DNA of 63,992 nt, the filler included, from Licmophora abbreviata (lineage: Eukaryota): the NCBI GenBank assembly GCA_900291995.1. It is 13 parts of 13 records of this genome, joined end to end, with 100 filler letters (N's around TTAATTAATTAA, not from the genome) between each part and the next. Parts side by side here need not be neighbours in the genome. Positions count along the whole stretch, not along the records: positions 27,429 to 39,919 come from OLMU01004411.1; positions 40,020 to 50,363 come from OLMU01004412.1; 11 more parts are not named here. One strand, written 5' to 3'. Under the pieces are notes generated by a model. The model was not told where the DNA came from, did not search any database, and saw only the letters and a list, made by a program, of their open reading frames with translations. Positions 34,206 to 44,445 of this stretch are shown piece after piece (the stretch's first letter is position 1; each line of letters starts with the position of its first letter). The position numbers and the translations under genes were made by a program.

Positions 34206-36083
34206 ATGATGAAGTTGTCCGTTGTGATTGCTGCCCTCTTGGGGTCGGATGCCCTTGCCTTTACTCCGCGGGCACCCTTTAGGCCAGCCGTTCAGTCGAG
34301 CAGCGCGCGATCGATGGGCGTCGCGGACGACCTGGGTCTCCCGTGCGAGGACGAATGTGCCCTCGAGAGTTTCCCCAATCTGCCTGAAAGTGTCCACCCT
34401 GGAGTTCTCAGTGGCCAGCCCATGGTCGATCTGCTCAACCATGCTAAGGAGAATGGTACGTCTTTCGTTTGTGAGGAGAAATGCTTTCCGATTCGGCGGT
34501 GCATGCGCATCGGGGCGCGCCGTGCACCTCCCTCCATGGCATGAGACGAGACGAGACGCAACGAGAAAAACTCGTCTCAGAAGAAGGTCGATTCTCTGAC
34601 ATAGGAGTGGTTGTGAAAAGAGGAATGATTGTGCCGGCGTTCCTTTCCTCATCAGGCCGTCATGGTCGGGCGAACCATTTCCAGAGCTCGAGGAGAAAGT
34701 ACAGACCATTCGGTGACGTGGCAGTCAAAAATTGAGCGGTCGCGCTGATTGACACCGGTACCGGTACCCACTTCGAGCTATTACCCCCTCTACCTCCGTG
34801 ATATCTAACCACTTTTCCTTTATTTTTTCGCTACTGCCTGGACAGGATACGCGATCCCAGCTGTGAACTGCGTCTCCTCATCTGGAATCAATGCTTGCCT
34901 GGAGGCTGCTCGTAGGAACGATGCGCCCGTTATTATCCAGTTTTCGTCCGGTGGATCTCAGGTAAGTTGCGCTACCACCTGAGCGTCTTTGTAAATTGCA
35001 GCCTTGTTTATTTACTAAGTGTTGTAATATGTGCGCACTTCTCCCAGTTCTACGGCGGAAAAGGACTGGATAACAAGGATTACAGTGCCGCGATCGCCGG
35101 TGCTGTATCGGGCGCCTTCCATGTAAGAACGATGGCTGAGCAGTACGGAGTCCCTGTAATTCTTCACACTGATCACTGCGCAAAGAAACTTCTACCATGG
35201 ATTGATGGATTGATCGAGGCTTCGGAACGCTACTACAAAGACCATGGGGAGCCTCTGTTCTCGTCCCACATGATCGACTTGTCGGAGGAACCAATTGAGG
35301 AAAACATTGAGATCTGCAAGGAATACCTTGGACGCATGGAGAAGATCGGGCTACTTCTTGAGATGGAACTTGGTATCACGGGAGGAGAGGAAGACGGTGT
35401 GGACAACACTGACGTTGCACAGGAGGATCTATACTCCAAGCCGGAGGAAATTTACCAGGTGTACGAAGAGTTGAGCAAGATCTCTCCTATGTTCACTGTC
35501 GCCGCAGCATTCGGAAACGTGCATGGTGTATACAAGCCTGGAAATGTGCAGCTCGAGCCAGAAATTTTGAGCAGAGCGCAGGATTATATCTCGGACAAAC
35601 TTGGGGATGCTGCCCCCGCCGATCGAAAGCCTGTTTGCTTCGTGTTCCACGGCGGAAGCGGCTCAGATGTCTCTGATATCCAGAAGTCCATTGGCTACGG
35701 TGTGATTAAGATGAACATCGACACGGACACGCAGTGGAGCTACTGGGAGGGTATCAAGAACTTTGAAGAAAAGTATCACGATTACTTGCAGACTCAGATT
35801 GGAAACCCGGAAGGAGGTGAGCGCACGAATCGGATGAAGTCTTTGAATGACGCTCGGCCAATCGCTAATCATTCTGCGTCCTCCTGCTTTTTTAATCACA
35901 GCCGACAAGCCTAATAAGAAATACTACGACCCTCGGGAATGCATGCGTGCAGCCGAAATAGCCACGGTCGATCGTCTCTCGCAGTCCTTCAAAGATTTGA
36001 AATGTGTGAATATTTGTGGCCTTGGTGAAATGGCAGATGCAGGGAACGTTCTTGGTCCACGCCGAGGCGGTCTTCCTGTGTAA
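34206..36083 (+). CDS. FBA: Plastid class II fructose-bisphosphate aldolase (FBAC2-like), 4 exons
   Basis: Presequence MMKLSVVIAALLGSDALA-FTP. Class II motifs GYAIPAVN, LHTDHCAKK, SSHMIDLS, GITGGEED, FGNVHGVY, VFHGGSG, KMNIDTD and KYYDPR. Introns at about 34457-34846, 34962-35047 and 35817-35901. Confidence 0.95.
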
Positions 36084-36236
36084 TGAGCATAAGCCGGGTT
36101 CCTCTTGTGACATAGTAGGAGGTATTATGTCGTGACACAGGCATAATGTAGAGAGCTAGGTTTATGTGCAATGTTTGTTGCTGCTGACTATCAAGATCCG
36201 TCATGTCTTTGCAACGCTCTTGACCTCCACTTAAGA

Positions 36237-37994
36237 CTAGTGACTATCACCCCCTTCGTCCAGGTCAGGATCTTCTTCCGGGTTCAGAACACAGTTGATA
36301 TCACTTCTCACGATTTGAGTCTTGATGAAAGGCTGTCGAAGAAGAGAGATAGAAACACATTAGCGATGACGATACAATGTCAGTGAGGCGGTTCCTGTAT
36401 ACCGGTACATACCATGTAGCCCGTTGCGAATAGAGAAACGATGGAGGCTCCCAGCACTGCTGAAATTACACTTTGTTCTCCAGAAAGATACGACAGAATG
36501 AGTGTTGACGCGATTGCGGTGCGAGTGATCGCCACGTTGATGCTGGCCGCCATGCACAAGCACGCCAGCTGAACGGGCACTCCAGGGATAAGGAACGTGA
36601 TGGCACGGCCGAACGCGGCGCCGGCCGCAAAGAAAGGAAAGATAAATCCTCCACGGTATCCGCCGGCCACGGTAAATGAGATGGCGATCATCTTCGCCAC
36701 TCCTACAAGGAAACATGTGAATGCGGAATTCATTTCAAAGTCGATCAGGCCGCTCGTTGGCCAAACATGTTCCAACGTGGAAGCAGGGCTCAAGGTTGCA
36801 AGCGTCTGAAACTCGCTCTCACCCCAAAACATGGTGTGAGGTATGAGCATGCCAAGTCCAACGACCGCCACGGCACCCAGAAGTGCTCGATACACAGCTC
36901 TGTCATCTCGAAGTAAATCGAAATACTGGAGTGCTGCAACGACTCTCCCATGAAATACAGCAAATAAAAATGCCACGAAGGCACCAACTAGACCCAGCGC
37001 GCACCCCACCAGTACCTGCTGGGGAGACGTGCCATCCAATTTCGTTGTAGCAATCGACCATATAGGGGCGATCGGAAGACGCGCCAGTGCGCGAAACACT
37101 GTCAAACAGACTTCACCACAGAAGATTGCTTCCAGCATGTGTTCAAAATATTCCACACCTGTGTCAACCACAAAAGAGAACACCTCACTTGATGGTTAGA
37201 GCACAAACATGCCGGAAAATGGGTGAGCACTTCATTGTAGTTTGTAGATACGTACCAAAGCGACTGTTTACCTCCAATGCGAACAAGGACCCTCCCAACG
37301 GACAGCCAAAGAAGGCAGCAAGAGCTCCTGCCATGCCCATCAGAGTATGCTTTCGAACGACGTTGCGATTTGTCTGACGAAATACTGTTCGGGAGGTGAA
37401 GCCTGCCAACGCCGCACAGATAGCCACTAGCGGCGCTTCAGGTCCCAAACTTCCTCCACCGAGAATGCTGAACTGAGAGGCGAGCAACATGGGCATCACG
37501 TGGTTCATCGCGATGTAGCCTTTCTCATGAACACATTTGATGGTGTAAGGCAGGTCCCCAGGATCGCCCAGATACTTCACAGAAAGCCCCACTCCGATGC
37601 ACATAGTGAACCCCACAAGAGGAATCCAGTATACGTAAGTAGATTCTGGCCAGACGTCTATGACATATTTGTTGGGAAGGGTGTGCCACATGTACTCGAG
37701 ACCAGCAAATAGTACAAAGTAATAGAGATAAGCGGCAACACCGCAAACGATGCCGACGACAAAGGCCACCACGACGCTCTGGGGAATGGTCCCCTCAGAG
37801 AAACTCCTGGCATCTTCCCAAAAACTAACCCTGGTTTTCATCATAACCCTCTCTTCAACCAGAGAATCCATTGTCTTGGTTGGCGTTTGCGATTGAGAGG
37901 AACCGTTCTCGGCTTTCTCGAGCAGTTGACCGCCATTAGACCCGTAGGAAGGATCCTTCAGTGTCACCATCGGGACCGTTTCTTGCTCGCTCAT
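36237..37994 (-). CDS. CLC-family chloride/anion channel-transporter, bacterial YfeO-like, no CBS domains; introns 37255-37159 and 36412-36333
   Basis: Contains GGSLGPEAP (gating-Glu motif), GMAGALAAFFGCPLGGSLFALE and GYRGGFIFP, with many TM helices. The spliced last exon is PFIKTQ..GGDSH*. Confidence 0.9.
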
Positions 37995-38821
37995 GGCACA
38001 ACGTTCTTGTTATGGAATAGCGTACTGTACAAGTTGACGCGATCAAGATAGCACGTCGCCGTCTGAGGGGAGTCGAAGGAGATGAGCCAGGAAGACGAGA
38101 AGAAGCCACTGCTCGAAAATTGTGGACAGAAGCTTTGTGATTGCGGCGGCGGCTTCCGGCGTTCCTGCTTCCGGCTTCTCGCGCCAATTGATGTTTCCGC
38201 TTCCTGCAGTTTGTGCAAATTGAGGAAGTTTCAAGTTCATCACCGCTTCCCTAGGGTTTTCTTGTACCGACGTGACCGTACGTTTACGAGGAAAGTGTTA
38301 GCGATAGGTAGTACTTCAATCATTTTAGACTTGCTTGGTGAGACTTGACGGATGGCGCGCGCAACTCATTACGCACCGGCAAACTCAAGAGTTGCAAGAC
38401 GACAATCAACTCCACGAGGTGTTGATGTGCTACCGGGGTTAGTCGAAAGACTAGCCTACGGGTAGTCACTTGGCATCTGACAAATCAGATGGGATGTGCC
38501 ACGCTCTAGCTTACCCAGAGAGGAGGTAGAAAGTAAACGGAAGAAGCTTTTATAGTTATAGGAGCACTTGCAGTCGTCTGCGCTCTGTATCATTCTACAG
38601 CTCCTTCGCTAACTACGAGTATACACGACCCGTTTTTCCCCAACCAAGCTACTTTTGATTGCAAAAGTGCATGTTTGCCACATACTAGCTAGCAAGATAG
38701 CCAAAAAGAGAAAAAAAGTGACGTACAGTTCTGTGTTCTACTTTACTCCACATGTCAATTAGTCTTGTGCCAGAACTAATTCGAAAAGAATAGAATGAAA
38801 AGAGAAGAGCAATGCACAGTT

Positions 38822-40210
38822 CTAGTTAAGAACATTTGTGCACTTCAAGTCCTCGGCAGCCTGGCACAAACGATCCGCCATGAAGATCTCGCCCTCTCGC
38901 AGAGCCATACGGGGATCGTAGTACTTCTTGTTGGGCTTGTCGGCACCGTCGGGATTTCCAATCTGACCCTGGAGGTAGTCGTGATACTTGGCTTCGTAAG
39001 AGCGAATTCCGTCCCAGAAAGCCCACTGAGTGTCGGTATCAATGTTCATCTTGATAACTCCGGCCTCGATAGCATACTGGATGTCTTCCGTAGATGAACC
39101 CGATCCGCCGTGGAACACGAATTTCATGGGCTTGGGGTCGTCACTGCCGAGCTTCTCCTGGATGTACTTCTGAGTGTTGTGAAGAATGACAGGCTTGAGT
39201 TCGACATTTCCAGGGGCATAGACACCATGCACGTTTCCGAACGAAGCAGCGCAAGTGAAAGCAGCGTTGGGAATTTCAGAAAGCTGCTGGTAGGCATAGT
39301 AGACTTCCTCGGGCTGAGTATAGAGGCGCGACGAGTCAATGTCAGTGTTATCGACGCCATCCTCTTCTCCGCCAGTCACACCGAGTTCGAACTCGAGCAA
39401 GCAGTCAATCTTGGCCATGCGCTCCATGTACTTTTTGCAGATACCGATGTTCTCCTCAAGGGACTCCTCGGACAAGTCGAGCATGTGCGACGAGAAGAGA
39501 GGCTCGCCGTGCTCCTTGTAGTACTCCTCGTTAGCCTCAATGAGACCATCGAACCAAGGAAGCCACGCTTTCTGGCAATGGTCAGTGTGAAGAATGACAG
39601 GGACGTTGTAGAGCTCGGCAACCTCACGGACGTGCTTGGCACCAGCGATGCATCCAGCAATGGAGGCGGCGTCGTCGGTGTTGTCAGCGGCCTTTCCGGC
39701 GATGTACTGTCCACCACCCTTAGAGAAGGTTACCATGATCGGTCCACCATACTTGGCAGCGGCTTCCATACAGGAATTGATGGAGTTAGTACCAACGATG
39801 TTGACTCCGGGCATGGCGAATCCAGCCTCCTTGGCGTGGTCCAGAAGGTCGACCAAGGCCTGGCCGGTGACGACTCCAGGCTTGACCGTGGCAGGGAGCT
39901 TAGCGAAAGCCTGAGAATGNNNNNNNNNNNNNNNNNNNNNNNNNNNNNNNNNNNNNNNNNNNNTTAATTAATTAANNNNNNNNNNNNNNNNNNNNNNNNN
40001 NNNNNNNNNNNNNNNNNNNCCCGGGAAAACGCTTCCAATGTGCTGTCGACCCCCCGAAAACAAGCGCAGGATAGTTCAAAGCATGAGACTGAACCGTACC
40101 TTGCTCTCAGTGGCAGTCATCTTAAGAGACGACCCCCGACGCCCGAAGGAGCCAGTGGGCGCGAAGGCCACAGCAGGGGCGATAAAAAGGGCGGCGGCGG
40201 CAAGCTTCAT
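38822..40210 (-). CDS. FBA: Plastid class II fructose-bisphosphate aldolase (FBAC1-like); first intron contains a gap
   Basis: Exon 1 is MKLAAAALFIAPAVA-FAPTG..MTATESK (40210-40100). Exon 2 has FAKLPATVKPGVVTG, LHTDHC, GVTGGEED, FGNVHG, FHGGSG and KYYDPR. Confidence 0.95.
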
Positions 40211-40901
40211 CGTGAGCAACACTGTTTTCTTCGAAAGTGAGGTGACCTTCGTTTCTTTCATTGCGAGTACGTTTCTCAGGCACTGGTGCATACGTCATAC
40301 CAGACCTGGTACAAACGGGGCGTAGACCCCACACAAGAATCTTTTCTCGCGTACGTGTTCTGGTCTTCCGTAGTCTCTGGTACGAGTTGCACGTACGAAC
40401 AGACTCTCATTTCTCGAGTCGGGCAGCTCGAACGCAAAGCCAGACGACCGAAACAGGAAAGCGCGCCAAAGCCGTGAAGGCTAACAATGTTATCGGTTAC
40501 GTACCAGCTACTACTCTGGTGGCAACAGGCCATCTGATTGTCACGCCATTCCGAGGATTGGAAGAGACGAAGCAATAAGGATCATCTTAGATCTCAGGTG
40601 TAGTTTAACAAGTCCTCGTGCTCTAGTCTTTGAGAAGAAGAAGCAGTCACCGCAGTTTCCGTTCGCCACACCCTCGTCTGACTGTTAGTTCATGTGAGAG
40701 GTCCACAGCCCAACACTCACAGGACGGACAAGGGGACAGCGTAGACTGATACGTGTCAAGGACACACGTACGCTACTTTGCGTAGAGTTTGTACTGAAAT
40801 GTACAGACTACGTCAGAACAGGTTCTTTGCCTCCGTTGCCTTACTACGTGACCCCACACATTTCACATTTTAGAATTCTGTCGTCGAAATCAACATCCAC
40901 C

Positions 40902-41230
40902 ATGGCCCCTGTAAGTTCTCTTGCTGCGTCGTCCTCAGTGTCGACACTTTCTCGCGAGATGCATCATCTGACAGAGCTTGATCCACTTTCTTGTCGTAAC
41001 AGACCAAGATGATCCTTCTCGCCGCCCTTGTGGCTGGCGCCTCTGCCTTTGCCCCTGCCCCGGCTTTCTCGCGCTCCACGGCCCTCAAGATGAGCGAGGA
41101 GCCCGAGATCGGCGCTGGTGGCATGGCTGACACCCGTAACCCCGCAGAGCACTCCGACGAAGATCCTCGTAAGTCTATCTCTGCCGCTCCTTCCTTCGAG
41201 GAGTACATGAAGCAGCGCCAGCAGGAGTAA
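40902..41230 (+). CDS. Small plastid-targeted protein of unknown function (79 aa precursor); intron 40911-41002
   Basis: MAP|TKMILLAALVAGASA-FAPAPAFSRSTALKM is a textbook ASAFAP bipartite presequence. It is followed by SEEPEIGAGGMADTRNPAEHSDEDPRKSISAAPSFEEYMKQRQQE. Third codon positions are C/G-rich, as in the aldolases. Confidence 0.85.
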
Positions 41231-41725
41231 GTCTAGTTGATTGGGGCACATGACCGGCAGTCCTCAGTGACGTACGTAATTTGGAACTCTTTGTAGTGAG
41301 CCTGGAGATCGTGTGTAGAACATCAACCCATTTTAACTATAGTCTAGGTCAATTGCAGAAACTCCAGTATCGTCTTGTAGAATCTGTCTGCTTCGCATCG
41401 GTTGTTCGATCTCTAAATCCTCCATTTCCGGTCCTGTGGATCTCGCTACTGACAACTAGTACCATATTGCTACGAGATGCGTCTACGTAAAGAGATACGA
41501 GTAGACTAGGTCTCTCTTACAGCTTGACAAACTCGCTACCACTCTATCTAGCCACCATCGAGCCACGCTCTCCTCATGCGTTCGAATATGCGTCTACCGG
41601 CTCTTCGGCCTTGTCGGGCCCACATCTTTTACGAGAGTTCGCTTGCTACCACAGAATCGGATAGAACTATGATACGGTATCTGTCATAGTTTGTGTGCGC
41701 ATTGATTAGTTGGTCTTCTTACTGT

Positions 41726-42325
41726 TTAGTCCTTCTTCTTTCGATTCTCGACGGAGATACGGAATCCAGCCACCTTCGTTTCCTTTTTGGCGATGCGCAT
41801 TGTGGTGAAAGCAGCGAAATCCTTCATCTCATCGGTGACATCCTCCATCACAATCTTTGACTCTGGCTTGGACAACGGCATGATAGTTCCAAGGACCTGA
41901 ACAGGTGTCTCCGACGGCTGGGACTTCTTCGTCCAGACAACAAGGTTCTTTTTGTACTCTTCCAAACGGGCTGCATTGAGCTGCAAGGATTCATTGCTTG
42001 CGTTCTTTCGACGACGATCCACGGCAATCCCCACAGTCTGTGCGTAGCGCGGATTGAGACCGGCCGCCTTGAGTTCCTCAAGAGTGAAGCCACGGCCATA
42101 GCGGACCTTCGCGTTATAGCGCTGCGTAGGGCAGTGGACGATAGGGCGAAGCTTCTGGAGCGGACGGGGGGCAATGGCAGCCGCCCTGGCCGCACGTGCC
42201 AATCGCCGAGACTTCTTCTTGCTGGCCTGGTTCAACGTCAACCTGACCTTGAGAGGACCGCGAGAAGACTCAAGGTACTTCTTGTGGCAATGGATGTTCG
42301 GGAGGACATTGTTATGCTTCACCAT
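41726..42325 (-). CDS. RPL13: 60S ribosomal protein L13 (eL13)
   Basis: Contains MVKHNNVLPNIH, LRPIVHCPTQRYNAKVRYGRGFTLEELKAAG and GIAVDRRRKN. Confidence 0.97.
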   Translation of the reverse strand: MVKHNNVLPNIHCHKKYLESSRGPLKVRLTLNQASKKKSRRLARAARAAAIAPRPLQKLRPIVHCPTQRYNAKVRYGRGFTLEELKAAGLNPRYAQTVGIAVDRRRKNASNESLQLNAARLEEYKKNLVVWTKKSQPSETPVQVLGTIMPLSKPESKIVMEDVTDEMKDFAAFTTMRIAKKETKVAGFRISVENRKKKD

Positions 42326-42896
42326 GGTTCAATGTGTAAGTCTGTGAGACGAGAGCAAGAAAGCAGGAACAACCATCAGTCAGCTTTTATTGGCAAGGAT
42401 CCCCAGATCGGATTCGTTCGACTCAAAAGAGACACCACGACGAGCCACCATGATGAGAGACAACAGCCGCCGCGCAAGAAGCTGACGGGCATTCATCTCC
42501 CAATTTCTCTTATCCAAGACTCCCTCCATGTGCATAGACTCTTTTCACGTGTGGGAACGAGCCATTCCCTTCAGCAAAACCAATCGCGAGCGCCATTGCC
42601 TACCTTGCAGAAACACAGCTTTCAATGCATAGAGCAAGTGGACGGAGTGAGGCTAAGACGTGTAGAATGCACGTAGAATTTCTTACTGAGAGCAGATGAG
42701 TAACCGGTAAGAAAATACAAATACACTGAAGTCGACCGACGGACTGACGCAGTTTGAAGTGGTGTTCTGCAACGCGCGAAACGCGACACACGGTGACCGG
42801 TGACGAGTGCCACAACATCCCTTGCTCAAGCCTCCATTGACTTTCCTTCAGTGCACGACCGTCAGTCTTCCACAACCCAGTGAGACTCACTGAATA

Positions 42897-43841
42897 ATGA
42901 AAAGACAAAACCGCGCCGATATAGCATCGATGAGTGCTGCTCGGTTGTCCTCCAAGACAGCACCCCCTACGAGAGATCGGGACGGATTTTCCCTGGTTCC
43001 TCGATCTCCTATCGTCTACGATGTGAAGCATTCTAGTTTCTCCGACATAACCTATGAAACTTCCACTCAAGATCAATGTGCACGGATCGCTTTCAATCGA
43101 CCCGAAGTTCTTCATGCGTTTCGACCTCAAACTATTCGTGAAATCCAACAAGCGTTGGAGATGGCCTCAGAGGATACACGGGTGGGAGCCATTGTGTTAA
43201 CCAGTAACATTTCAGAAGACTTCACCGCAGCCTTTTGCGCAGGTGGCGACCAGCGGGTCCGGGACAATGATGGTGGATACCAAGATGGGACGGAAGTTGC
43301 ACCAAAGCTAAGGGTGTTGGACCTTCAAGTACAAATGCGTCGTTGCCCCAAGCCAATAATTGCCGTCGTACAGGGATATGCTGTTGGTGGGGGTCATATT
43401 CTGCATATGGTGGCAGACATCACTCTAGCAGCTGACTCGGCCATCTTTGGTCAGACTGGGCCCCGCATGGGAAGCTTCGACGCGGGCTACGGTTCCACGC
43501 ACATGGCAAGGTTGATCGGTCAGAAGCGCGCTCGTGAGATGTGGTTCCTTTGTCGCTATTACACCGCTCAGGAAGCGTACGAGATGGGGCTTATCAATGC
43601 CTGGTATTCTGGCCAGGAGCTTGAAGGGAGGACTGCACAGTGGGTTCGTCGTATCATTATGAACTCTCCGACGGCCATCGCGTGTACAAAGGCTGCATTG
43701 AACGCCGATGAGGATGGGAGTGCAGGTATCGCTCAGATGGGAGGAGAATTGACCAGACTTTTCTACATGTCAAAGGAAAGCCAAGAAGGGCGCGACGCAT
43801 TCCTATCGAAACGAGCACCGAGATTTCGAAGCAAGCTATAG
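42897..43841 (+). CDS. menB: 1,4-dihydroxy-2-naphthoyl-CoA synthase (MenB) with C-terminal PTS1 (SKL)
   Basis: Contains IAFNRPEVLHAFRP, AFCAGGDQRVR, LDLQVQMRRCPKP, GYAVGGGH, FGQTGPRMGSFDAGYG and GQKRAREMWF. Ends RSKL*. Confidence 0.96.
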   Translation: MKRQNRADIASMSAARLSSKTAPPTRDRDGFSLVPRSPIVYDVKHSSFSDITYETSTQDQCARIAFNRPEVLHAFRPQTIREIQQALEMASEDTRVGAIVLTSNISEDFTAAFCAGGDQRVRDNDGGYQDGTEVAPKLRVLDLQVQMRRCPKPIIAVVQGYAVGGGHILHMVADITLAADSAIFGQTGPRMGSFDAGYGSTHMARLIGQKRAREMWFLCRYYTAQEAYEMGLINAWYSGQELEGRTAQWVRRIIMNSPTAIACTKAALNADEDGSAGIAQMGGELTRLFYMSKESQEGRDAFLSKRAPRFRSKL

Positions 43842-44445
43842 AAGTACAAAGCTAGCAACATTGTTTACTCAACCTAGAGTCAGTGGCTGCTATCTGTGAG
43901 ATGATGGAGGGCAAAGATAGCGAGCAGTACCGTTGGCCTTAATGGTACCGTTGTGCGGGTTGCAATCTTTGCATACTCATCAAATGTTAGCAATGAACCA
44001 TTGCTATTTATTTATCACATGCCATCATCATTCTCTAGTCTAGAACAAGCGTTGAAGCGTGACCATCGATCCCACCCATCGCTTGTCAAGATCGAACACA
44101 GAATTTTGCGGAGCGCGCGCCTCGAGTAAGTACGCCTTCGCTATATATATGTCGTCACACTTGAGGACATAAATGTTAACGGATAGATCCAATTTAGAGC
44201 CATCAGAAATGGATGTGGGTTTAAAATACTGTTTGGCTAGGCGCGCTCTTGCTGTGAGAATCTGGATTTTTTGCGATCGACAGAACGAGACACTTGAGTT
44301 CGATTCACAACTTTTGGTCCCATGAGAACCTTCGCTGCGGCGAGTTGTCAACCAAGTTCAGAGCCAAGAGCGACGTAGCGAAGCAAGAGGGGTACCGATC
44401 ACGGTAGGAAGAGAAGCAGAGGTGACTTACCCTGAAATACGCCTG

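Noticed and set aside
33834..34709. 291-aa minus-strand ORF over the PK/FBA intergenic region
   Set aside because: It overlaps FBA exon 1 and its intron in antisense and has no recognisable features.
39110..39967. Long antisense ORFs over FBA, PK, GDC-P and IDH (e.g. 39110..39967, 58187..58831, 59182..59919, 63309..63926)
   Set aside because: These are shadow ORFs caused by codon bias on the true coding strand, with no protein motifs.
40292..40815. Two ACGTCA (CCRE-like) hexamers between FBA and the small peptide gene
   Set aside because: Hexamers occur often by chance. Two in about 700 bp is too weak without conservation data.
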